Shown: piece by piece, positions 53,101 to 64,000 of the stretch | How the letters are laid out: each line of letters starts with the position of its first letter | Numbering within the stretch: position 1 is the stretch's first letter | Assembly (NCBI GenBank): GCA_002269645.1 | Contig: NIVC01001474.1 | Coordinates: 165,807-229,806 of the forward strand | Reading direction: 5' to 3' | Source of the DNA: Macrostomum lignano | Lineage: Eukaryota | Length of the DNA: 64,000 nt | The notes under the pieces: model-generated | The model's input: only the letters and a program-made list of their open reading frames with translations | The model's database searches: none | What the model was told of the DNA's origin: nothing | Position numbers and translations under genes: made by a program

Positions 53101-56100
53101 AGACAGGTGAGAGTCCACTGAATAGACAGGTGAGAGTCAAGTGAATAGACAGGTGAGAGTCCACTGAATAGACAGGTGAGAGTCAAGTGAATAGACAGGC
53201 CAGAGTCCACTGATTAGACAGGTGACAGTCAACTGAATATACAGGTGAGATTCCACTGAATAGACAGGTGAGAGTCAAGTGAATAGACAGGTGAGAGTCA
53301 AGTGAATAGACAGGTGAGAGTCCACTGAATAGACAGGTGATAGTCCACTGAATAGACAGGTGAGAGTCCACTGAATAGACAGGTGAGAGTCAAGTGAATA
53401 GACAGGTGAGAGTCCACTGAATAGACAGGTGAGAGTCAAGTGAATAGACAGGTGAGAGTCCACTGAATAGACAGGTGAGATTCCACTGAATAGACAGGTG
53501 AGAGTCAAGTGAATAGACAGGTGAGAGTCAAGTGAATAGACAGGTGAGAGTCAACTGAATAGACAGGTGAGAGTCAACTGAATAGACAGGCGAGAGTCAA
53601 CTGAATAGACAGGTGACAGTCAACTGAATAGACAGGTGAGATTCCACTGAATAGACAGGTGAGAGTCCACTGAATAGACAGGTGAGAGTCAAGTGAATAG
53701 ACAGGTGAGAGTCCACTGAATAGACAGGTGAGATTCCACTGAATAGACAGGTGAGAGTCCACTGAATAGACAGGTGAGAGTCAACTGAATAGACAGGTGA
53801 GAGTCAAGTGAATAGACAGGTGAGATTCCACTGAATAGACAGGTGAGAGTCAAGTGAATAGACAGGTGAGAGTCCACTGAATAGACAGGTGAGAGTCAAC
53901 TGAATAGACAGGCGAGAGTCAACTGAATAGACAGGTGACAGTCAACTGAATAGACAGGTGAGATTCCACTGAATAGACAGGTGAGAGTCCACTGAATAGA
54001 CAGGTGAGAGTCAAGTGAATAGACAGGTGAGAGTCCACTGAATAGACAGGTGAGAGTCAACTGAATAGACAGGTGACAGTCAACTGAATAGACAGGTGAG
54101 AGTCAACTGAATAGACAGGTGACAGTCAACTGAATAGACAGGTGAGATTCCACTGAATAGACAGGTGAGAGTCCACAGAATAGACAGGTGAGAGTCCACT
54201 GAATAGACAGGTGAGAGTCAAGTGAATAGACAGGTGAGAGTCAAGTGAATAGACAGGTGAGAGTCAAGTGAATAGACAGGTGAGAATCAAGTGAATAGAC
54301 AGGTGAGAGTCAAGTGAATAGACAGGTGAGAGTCCACTGAATAGACAGGTGAGAGTCAAGTGAATAGACAGGTGAGAGTCAAGTGAATAGACAGGTGAGA
54401 GTCAAGTGAATAGACAGGTGAGAGTCCACTGAATAGACAGGTGAGAGTTCACTGAATAGACAGGTGAGAGTCAAGTGAATAGACAGGTGAGAGTTCACTG
54501 AATAGACAGGTGAGAGTTCACTGAATAGACAGGTGAGAGTTCACTGAATAGACAGGTGAGAGTTCACTGAATAGACAGGTGAGATTTTTTCACATTTCAC
54601 ACAATGAGACACATATTGAGTTCACACAATGAACACAATGAGACACATGATGAGTTCACACAATGAACACAATGAGACACATTATAAGTTCACACAATGA
54701 GACACATATTGAGTTCACAGAATAGACAGGTGAGATTTTTTCACATTTCACACAATGAGACACATATTGAGTTCACACAATGAACACAATGAGACACATG
54801 ATGAGTTCACACAATGAACACAATGAGACACATTATAAGTTCACACAATGAGACACATATTGAGTTCACACAATGAACACAATGAGACACATGATGAGTT
54901 CACACAATGAACACAATGAGACACATTATAAGTTCACACAATAAGACACACGAGTTCACATAATAAGACACGAGTTCACATAATAAGACATGAGTTCACA
55001 TAATAAGACAGAGTTCACATAATAAGACACGAGTTCACATAATAAGACACGAGTTCACATATTAAGACACGAGTTCACATAATAAGACACGAGTTCACAC
55101 AATAAGACACACGAGTTCACATAATAAGACACACGAGTTCACATAATAAGACACAAGTTCACACAATAAGACACACGAGTTCACATAATAAGACACACGA
55201 GTTCACATAATAAGACACACGAGTTCACATAATAAGACACACGAGTTCACATAATAAGACACACGAGTTCACATAATAAGACACACGAGTTCACATAATA
55301 AGACACACGAGTTCACATAATAAGACACACGAGTTCACACAAGAAGACACACGAGTTCACATAATAAGACACACGAGTTCACACAAAAAGAGACATATTT
55401 TGTCACCTTAGTCCTCAGAAACGCAGCTTCGGGAAACATTGGTTTATCGCTTTGCCACAACAGGTCGCCGAGCAGTCGTTCAACTCGATCTTGCTCGAAC
55501 ACGGCGTCAGGCTCGAAGTCGATAGCCAGAGTGCCGACATCAGCTCGCAGTTTGGTTCGATGCGACTCGCTACTCGCGCCAGTGTCGTGCAGTCGGTCAG
55601 CCAAGTCGGTAGCATTGCGATAGGCCCCCAGGCCTAGGATGGCATCCAGCGGGGCGATGCCTCGCTCACTTTTAGCGATTCTACAAGCGGAGTTGATGCC
55701 TCTGACCAGAGCTTCCACACTGTCCAATGAGGTCAACTCCGCAGCTGAAGATGATGCTGACTGATTCGATAGCAGGTCGGTTTTGCTTAGCAGCACGGTG
55801 TCAGCGCAGGCTACCTGGCGTTGCCATTCGACTTCTGAGAACTGGCGGCTGGCATTCAGGCTGTCCACCTGATTGGCGTTCGGGGATCGGATCGGTAAAC
55901 AAATCCCATCACCAATCCTGATCCCATTACCAATCCTGAATCCCTGATCCCATTACCAATCCTGATCCCATTACCAATCCTGATCCCATTACCAATCCTG
56001 AATCCCTGATCCCATTACCAATCCTCAATCCCTAATCCTATTGCCTGAAATCTGATCCCATTACCTGAATCCCTTGTCCCTTTACCTAAATCCCTGATAC

Positions 56101-58589
56101 CATTACAAATCCCGGATCCCTGATACCATTACAAATCCCGAATCCCTGATACCATTACAAATCCCGAATCCCTGATCCCATTATATGAATTCCTGATCCG
56201 ATTATCCGAATCCCTGATCCCATTATCCGAATCCCTGATCCCATTATCCGAATCCCTGATCTCATTATCCGAATCCCTGATCCCATCATTTGAATCCCTG
56301 ATCCCATTAGCTGAATCCCTGATTCCATTACCTGAATCATTGATCCCATTTACCTGAATCATTGATCCCATTACCTGAATCCCTGATCCCATTACCTGAA
56401 TCCCTGATCCTATTACCTGAATCCCTGATCCTATTACCTGAATCCCTGATCCCATTACCTGAATCCCTGATCCCATTACCCGAATCCCTGATCTTATTAC
56501 CTGAATCCCTGATCCCATTACCTGAATCCTTGATCCCATTACCTGAATCCCTGATCCCATCATCTGAATCCCTGATCACATTACGTGAATCCCTGATCCC
56601 ATCATCTGAATCCCTGATCCCATTAGCTGAATCCCTGATCCCATTACCTGAATCCCTGATCCCATCATCTGAATCCCTGATCCCATCAACTGAATCCCTG
56701 ATCCCATTATCTGAATCCCTGATCCCATCAACTGAATCCCTGATCCCATTATCTGAATCCCTGATCCCATCAACTGAATCCCTGATCCCATCATCTGAAT
56801 CTGATCCCATTACCTGAATCTCTGATCCCATCATCTGAATCCCTGATCCCATCATCTGAATCCCTGATCCCATCATATGAATCCCTGATCCCATCATCTG
56901 AATCCCTGATCCCATCATCTGAATCCCTGATCCCATCATCTGAATCCCTGATCCCATTACGTGAATCCCTGGTCCCATTATAGACTCTGATCCCACATCT
57001 CACAGCTAAAACCCAGACCCACTCCAAACCAGCTCACCACAGTGACAAAGCCGTCCAGACAGACCAAACTCTCGAGCTGCTCATCCAACCAAAACAAAGC
57101 CGCAATGGGCCCCGGCTCAGCCAATCCAGTTGTCTCCAGCAGCACGTGATCAAATCGACCTCGACGCTCCATCAGCCGTTCAATCGCGGCAACACCAGCA
57201 TGTTTCAACGAGCAGCAGAGGCAGCCATTGCCCAGCTCCAGCCATTCTTCGTAGCGCTTCTGACCATCGCTAGAGTTCTTGCTGTCGCCTGAACGGATTG
57301 TGAGTGAGTAGCTAGTTGATAATTATTGACTTTAGATCACACCCCAGGTCTCACCTCATCGATCTAATGGCTCAGTCACAGTCACAACGCTAAACAAAGC
57401 AGCACTGTAGATGGGATTTTTGGGATAATATAGGCAAAAGATTCCTTCAGATAGGATTTGGGGGGGATTTTAGGCAAAAGATCCCTTCAGATGGGATTTG
57501 GGGGAATTTTAGGCAAAAGATCCCTTCAGATGGGATTTTAAGAAATTTTAGGCAAAATATTGCTTCAGATGGGATTTAGGGGGATTTTAGGCGAAAGATC
57601 CATTCAGATGGGATTTAGGGGGATTTTAGGCAAAATATCCCTTCAGATGGGATTTTAAGAAATTTTAGGCAAAATATTCCTTCAGATGGGATTTGGGGGG
57701 ATTTTAGGGAAAATATTCATTCCGTTGGGATTTTACGTTTTACGATTCCAAAGAGTCGTATCTGTAGAATCACTGAGTTGCGTCTAAAGCGCATCTGCGT
57801 CACGTCACTTTATGAATTATAATCGCCTTTCACATTTATAACAACTCTATTTTGTCTACTTGAGTTAGTAGTTTTTTCGCAACTCTTACGATCCTGCAAC
57901 TCACGTGATGCGCTCGTGACTCAACAGTCGCCTCTCTGTTACATTACAGTCGTTTTGAGTTGTTAAAAAAAGTCACAGGAGTCACCCAAGAGTCGCTAGA
58001 GTCACTTGTGAGTTGTTTGCAATGACTCTAAGTAATAGTAATTCTAGTGGCCCATCGCGGCGCTCTGATGTGCCAGCATAAAGTGCAGTCACATCAATTT
58101 GAGGCTAAATTGAAATCTCAGCTTGCCTCTGCTCGTGCAATTAACGGCCTTGAAGGCCAACCCCTAAGGCACTTTAAAGTGTACATGCCTAACGATAAAT
58201 AATGTTAGGGCCGCTGTGTGTGTGTGCCTGTGTGTATGACCGCATAGATATTTGCATGGTACGTAAGACTCTCAAAAATTACCTGTCTGATTGTCCTCAG
58301 CAACAGTGAGAGCCGCCTCAACAGCGGCAGAGTCGCCAAATTCGTTCATAATTACAGCAATCCGTCTGCCGTGCTGCTCAGTGAGAATGTAGTTCAACAA
58401 AGTAGTCTTGCCAGCTCCCAGGTAGCCAGTGATCACTGTGACAGGCACTGGAGGCAGATCAGTGACTGCAGGCTCAGCATTGGCTAAGCTACTACTGGGT
58501 ATTTCATCCAGACTCACCAGATCTGGACAATCTTCATCATCATCTTGAGCAGCTTTAGTGGCACTGTTAAGATTCTCTGGCTGATTCAT
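50122..58589 (-). CDS. ZNG1: Zn-regulated GTPase metallochaperone ZNG1 / COBW domain protein (COG0523), 4 exons, ~413 aa
   Basis: Exons 58589-58283, 57288-57038, 55868-55407, 50343-50122. CPDLV motif, Walker A ITGYLGAGKTT, NEFG, WLELGNGCLCCS, LETTGLAEPGP, SKTDL, LRTK|GLL, VQGVYELF, RIVFIGQKL. The last exon was missed by the ORF track and sits behind a 5.06-kb intron. Confidence 0.93.
50508..54585. repeat. 23-bp satellite, ~4.1 kb, with a 1518-bp higher-order repeat (ZNG1 intron 3)
   Basis: Unit ctgaatagacaggtgagagtcca with variants; five identical ORF pairs are offset by exactly 1518 bp (66 x 23). Confidence 0.97.
54590..55385. repeat. 20-22-bp minisatellite (ZNG1 intron 3, donor end)
   Basis: Unit gagttcacataataagacac(ac). 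Confidence 0.92.
55905..56985. repeat. 21-bp minisatellite (ZNG1 intron 2)
   Basis: Unit tgaatccctgatccca(ttacc/tcatc). Confidence 0.95.
57408..57720. repeat. 39-bp minisatellite (ZNG1 intron 1)
   Basis: Unit ggcaaaatatcccttcagatgggatttagggggatttta. Confidence 0.88.
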
Positions 58590-58610
58590 TTCTCTGTCAC
58601 TGTCCCCCAG

Positions 58611-58624
58611 CTGAAAGAAATAGT
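58611..58624 (-). promoter_or_regulatory. Splice acceptor upstream of ZNG1 (outron/trans-splice or 5' UTR intron)
   Basis: actatttctttcag|CTG GGG GAC AGT GAC AGA GAA ATG; 21 nt to the ATG. Confidence 0.55.
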
Positions 58625-59054
58625 TTGGGGGGATTGAGAAATTAGAAGTATATAATCTCAGAAAACTTTTATATAAAACTAACTTGCTATTTATACATAG
58701 TTTTCTTTTGAAATAGCTACCAGTTGCAGTTATAATAAAATTTTCAATATAGAGATTACAAACTTGTGTTTTAAGAACTAGGCAAAGAATTATCTAAATT
58801 ACATTTTTTATTTGAAACTGTCAAAAAAATTTGTTTAATTTGCTAGTTTGTCTATTAGTTAATAGGCTTTAATTTTTAACTACTTTTTTAATACTTCATA
58901 TTTGTTGAATCAATATATCATTTTTTCTATTATAAATAAACCATTAACTCATTTATTCTTATTCACTTATTCTCTATCTAAATATAAAGTCTCAACTTTG
59001 TATCTCAATCAGGATGGAAACTGTAAGCATATGAAGTTTGTCTTCTTTTTCTGT

Positions 59055-60165
59055 TGTTTGTGCCAGAGAGTAAAGAGGAGCGAGAGGAGAGAGGAGAGAG
59101 AAGATATGAGAGATGAGAGAGCAGAGAGCTACAGATGAGAGGAAAGAGGAGAGCAGAGAAGAAAGAGGTGAAAGAAGAGATGAGAGAGTAAAGGGAAGAG
59201 AGAAGAGATAAAGATACATTTCTATGTACATCTCTAAGATTGTAGAGATGAGAGACGTGTAAGGAGAGATAGGAAATAAGAGATGAGAGATAATGGAGGA
59301 GACAGGAGAGTGGAGAGAGAAGAGAGGAGACAAGAGAGGGAGAGAGTATAGAAGAGGGAAGAGAAAAGAACAGAAGAAAGGAGCAGGAAAGTGAGGAGTC
59401 AAAAGAAGGGAAAGAAAAGAGTACAGAGGAGAGAGATAAAAGAACATATAAGACAGTAAAGATGACAGATGAAAGAGGGGGTGAGAGAGCAGGGACGAGA
59501 GTGAACAGACGAGAGATGGGAGAGTAGAGAGAACAGAGAAGAGATAAGAGAGAAGAGAGAAGATATTACAGAGACGAGAGAGAGGAGAGACAAAGGAAGA
59601 GAGAAGTGAGTGAGGAAAAAGGAGAGGAAAGAGGAGAATGGAGAGGGAAGAGAGATAGGAGAGGAAAGATAAGAGAGAAAGAGAGAAAGAGAGACGAGAC
59701 GAGAGGGAGAGCAGAGAGAAATGAGAAAATATAAAAGAGAAAGGAGAAAGAAGAGAGCAAAGACGAGAGAAGAGAGGTGAGGGAAGAGACGAGAGAAGAG
59801 GGGAGAGAGGAGAGGAGAAGGAAGAGACGAGAGAAGAGGGGGAGAGAAGAGAGAGGAGAGGAGAGAGAAAACGAAAAAGTAGAGAGGAGAGAGGAGAGAG
59901 AAAAGAAGAGAGAAGAGATGAGATAAGAGATATGAAAGAGAAGGAGATAAGGCAAGATATGAGAAAAGGTGGGAGAGAGGAAAGAGGAGATGAGAGAGAA
60001 AACGAAAAATTAGAGAGGAAAGAGGAGAGGAAAGAGAAAAGAAGAGACAAGAGATGAGATAAGAGAGATGAAAGAGAAAAGAGATAAGGGAAGATACGAG
60101 AGAAGAGAGGAGGAGAGAGGAGAGATGAGAGATGTGAGAGAAGAGAGGAAACAGAAGAGACAATA
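59055..60165. repeat. ~1.1-kb low-complexity purine (GA) tract upstream of ZNG1
   Basis: Almost exclusively A/G on the plus strand. Confidence 0.9.
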
Positions 60166-61277
60166 GAAATTTTAAAGGATCCAAGGGATATAGGGAGAGT
60201 CAAAGAGAGGCCAGAGTTTGCCAATACATGTTTTAGAGTCAGACAGACATTGCCTGACATTCTGCATAGTACCCTAGCCAACAATATCAAATGTTTGCCT
60301 CAAATCCTAATTTTACACCAATGTACTCCATTGTTTTTGTTTGTGTATGGCCTTATATTTCAGAATACATGCAAAAGTAGTTCCAGGGATTGGAATTCCC
60401 CAGGTTCAAAATCCGCAAGTTTCAACAGCTTGTTATACTATATTCATATTTATATTATAGCTAGTATATAAGCACTAGCAAATATTGAAATTTTTAGTAG
60501 CAATATAAGTTCTAGGTGTTATTATGCTAGAATAAGTATATATTTTATATGTATACAAAGCATCATTAATAACTATCTATATTCTTAATTAAATAATAAC
60601 CAAAAGGCAATGTCAATACCTATTTAATATTACTTTATAGCACTTAGGCTAAGCCTTTGAATCAACTCCAGTTACTAAAAGTGACTAGGCCCTCAATGTT
60701 GGGCACTATTGTTACTGAAAATCTTAAATTCTATAAAATAGCAAAAGCATTAGTGTTAAAACAAAAAATCTCAACTTATTAACTCTAAATATATAAGTAT
60801 ATAAATGATGTTGAACTATCAGTAACTACCCAACAATGCTATTGTCAATCGTTGACTAAACTTTGTACACTTAGTAGACCCAATTGTCTACATTCATATA
60901 TAGGCCTATAATTATCCATTTTAATATCATTAACATCATAGCTATCGTGGATTTTATTTATTTTTTTATATTCATTTTTGGAAAGTTTCATGTCAATAGG
61001 CCTAGCTAAAAAATGTATGTATAGGCCCCTAGTGAGCTAATAAACAATTTTGCTAGATAGCCAACATTGTTTATATGCATTTAAACAAAAGCAGGCACTC
61101 AATAGTATGTTAGGCCTATATTTGTCCTTTATAATGTATTCTGTAAATCTTACTTAGGCCTAGTTTAAAGTAGTCACTATAGGAAACTACAAGATAGGCC
61201 TAGCCTATTGTTTTGTATAGAACAATATTTTTTGTCAATTTTCAAGCAAATCTAAGGCTAAGCAGTTATACCTAATT

Positions 61278-61519
61278 TATAGACTTAGACTTAGACCTGG
61301 ACCAAGATAATTTTTATATTTGCTATTTTAATTTTATGAACCCAGATTACCTATTTTATGGACTTTAATCAAACTTTCTTTTGGGGTTTTATTACCATTT
61401 CTTCTCTATAGCTGTTTATTTAATTTTAGGATGCATTCAATTGAATATAGTTTAATAAATGTTTTAAAATAAAAAAATCTCAAATTAGATATTGGTCTAA
61501 GTCTAAGTCTAAGTCTATA
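61278..61519. mobile_element. Possible MITE-like element with ~19-bp terminal inverted repeats
   Basis: tatagacttagacttagac at 61278 and its exact reverse complement gtctaagtctaagtctata ending at 61519; AT-rich interior; TA at both ends. Confidence 0.35.
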
Positions 61520-64000
61520 TATAATAGGCCTCATCCATAAATTAGTTTGGCCTATAACCAATCTCAGCTGTACATAGTGATGGATTAAAATTATTTTTCC
61601 TATTGAAATTGAAATTAGAAATTTTATTAGGGTCTTTTGAATTTAAATTGAAAATGAAACTGAAATATTTAGGCCTAGCTTGACAAATTTTTACATTTTT
61701 ATTAGGCCTAATCATGCAAAAAAGTTAAACACCTTGAATCTGTAGACTACATGTTATATGTATTTAGCTTACATATTTTTGTATAGGCCTACACCTGGAC
61801 TCCTGGAGATCTATACATCAATTTCATTAAGCTTTAAAAGTCTTTAGCCAATTAAAATCCACACTGATACATTCAAGTAGTGGGCTTCTGTGGACCATGG
61901 AGGTTAAGGTGGGTGCAACACAAGGCCTGGATCAAAATGTGTGTGCCCCGCACAATCTTTTCTTATAGAAAAGGCAATTCTTGCCTCCACCGCTGAGTCT
62001 TTGAACTGCACTTCTTTTCACTTCCTATAGATTTTCTTACTTGTATATCATGATCACGATCAGGTCTAATTGTTGAAATAACCAAAATTTCGAAATGATT
62101 TTTGATGAATGATGTCGAAATTTGAAATTGAAATCGAAATTATTTTGATGCAAAATTGGGTTCGAAATTCGGAATATTGAAATGAAATCGAAATCGAAAT
62201 TCGTTCCATCAATAGCTGTACAAGTGCTACGAACTAGGCATACATACTCTGGGCCTAATAGGCCTAAATACTCTGAGCATATAGCTAGCTAATGCATTTT
62301 AAATACGAACACCATTAAAATTAAAACCCTTGCTGTTCAGCCTTGCCTTGCGACTTGCGTGGCGTGGCTTTATGGAATGGATTTGAAATTTCACACAGAC
62401 GCTTGTTGTGTGTGCAAATAATTTAGGCCCCTAATTTATCTGTAAATTTTTATATGCAAATCTGAGCTGAACAAGATATAGCTTATTTTGTTGCAGTGGT
62501 TACAAATCGAACATCAATACGAATAGGCCCTAATCTAAGGGGAAATGAAACAAAAACGCCGCTCGCTCGAGGCTCGACAATATTACTAATCATCTCGGAC
62601 AGACAATTATTTCAAACCAGTACCTGTTTTTCAAAGAAAAGCATTTCTGCTTTTAAGTAATAAAACAGCCAAAACTATACCTTTACTAAATGTGGCCTGA
62701 GTTTGTTCCAATTTTCTAATTTCTTTCGATTTTTTACCTAATAAATTACATTAACAGTATCACAGCTATCACAATGTTCTATCGGACTTGCGACGGTTTT
62801 TTGTTAGAGGGATGCAAAATATGGTTTCTACCAGAAGCTTGCACTACTCTGCTCCAATGTAGAAACAAAAATCGCCCCCTTAATCCACGTGGGTAGTTTT
62901 AAAACTGCTGCAGTTTCAATCAAATTCAAAATTTTTTATCAAGTCAGACCGGCATTTGAGATAGTTTATTACAAAGCCGATATGCAGTTTGCCCGATGGA
63001 CTTCAATATTTAATGAGAGAACCAAGGACCACTGTATATATTTGTAACCAAAGATTAAATGCAATCATTAATTTTGTGACGAAAAATGATTTTCTCCTAT
63101 CTCCGCAGTGTATTTTTTCCAGGAAATCAACCTCCTAAAAATTTACACGATCTTAAAATAGACCCTAGATGACATTGGCTTGGGGTTTCTTACAAGATCT
63201 GACTTGAACTGCGCCCTAAGTTCTTGCAAGAGCTCAGCAGATCTTCGCCATTGAAATACATAGTCAATTCTTACCAGATCTTCTGAACAGATCATGCAAG
63301 ATCTTCGGGCCAGATCTGCTAAGATGACACAGGATCATGCAAGTTCTTGAGGCCATATCTTCCAAGAAGATACAAGATTAGTCAAGATCTGATAAGGCAT
63401 AGAAGATGAATGTCTATAGCACGCAATGCGCGTGCAGTACCTCTATGGTGCATACATAATCAAAATTTTAAGACTCGGGAACTCGGGAAGTTACCTGAAG
63501 AAAAAAGTAATATAAACAAAAGAACATTTTTCTCTGCATTTTATTATTGGGTGAATTATAGTGGCACTATTGGGCAATTCCCTATTTAAACATTTTTACT
63601 ATTTAATTTTTATTTATAATTTACATACAGAGAGCATATAGTATTTACAAAAGCATGAACACAAAAACATAAAGGCGTAATGAAGTAGCAAACACAGCAA
63701 AATACAATAAAATTCCATTGCAAAAATTATAGCAAATTATAATTTAATTGCAATCTCGACAAGCATGCGATATAAACTAAATTATAAACATTTTCCTTAA
63801 AAATGTTGCTAAAACAAATCTTTACAAAATTAGGCTATCATACATATATAGTCATTGGCTCATTTCCTTTATAGCTAACACAAAATTTAGAAAGTAAAAA
63901 TTCACAATCAAATTGCAATTCGTCCAATTTAATATTTAAAGTATTCTACTGTAAGTAGAAAGTATAACATTTGAGTAAAATTGCAATAATTGCAAGTGAA

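Noticed and set aside
50508-54585. CRISPR-like regular 23-bp repeats (also other 20-39-bp arrays)
   Set aside because: Head-to-tail units with no unique spacers, no cas genes, eukaryotic intron context.
58992-60290. 432-aa, 261-aa and 129-aa Leu/Ser/Phe-rich ORFs
   Set aside because: Stop-poor reading of a polypyrimidine strand; no domain features.
62070-62205. GAAAT(C) hexamer cluster resembling heat-shock elements
   Set aside because: Spacing does not fit nGAAnnTTCn.
63180-63400. Cluster of AGATCT-like motifs
   Set aside because: Too degenerate to define a unit or terminal repeats.

Overview
This is eukaryotic (metazoan) DNA, not prokaryotic: GC-rich exons with GT-AG introns, and most introns and intergenic gaps are filled by their own minisatellite. 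This architecture, plus genes whose initiator Met is replaced by a splice acceptor, fits a free-living flatworm such as Macrostomum (inference; no database search was run). I reconstructed 11 genes by hand. At the left are an AMPK alpha gene (minus, runs off the left edge, 1-bp frameshift) and NECAB (plus, 7 exons). From 58.6 kb to 17.7 kb, nine genes run uninterrupted on the minus strand: ZNG1/CBWD, DALRD3, PRELID3, a zinc-finger gene, MICU1, a DGAT1-like gene, SIRT6, SMYD4 and PMVK. Four signals stand out. (1) SIRT6 and PMVK have no usable genomic ATG; a CAG acceptor sits in frame where Met1 belongs, as expected if a spliced leader ending in AUG supplies the start within an operon-like cluster. 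(2) The DGAT1-like MBOAT has its catalytic His replaced by Ala and has lost the FYxDWWN/WNxPVH motifs, so it is a probable pseudoenzyme. (3) A consensus splice donor overlaps the ZNG1 stop codon and would join ZNG1 in frame to DALRD3. (4) Several minisatellites have non-random content (splice-signal units, RFX half-sites, in-frame stop reiteration, telomere-variant hexamers, higher-order repeats). Long ORFs lying in repeats are artefacts. Repeat boundaries and copy numbers are approximate.
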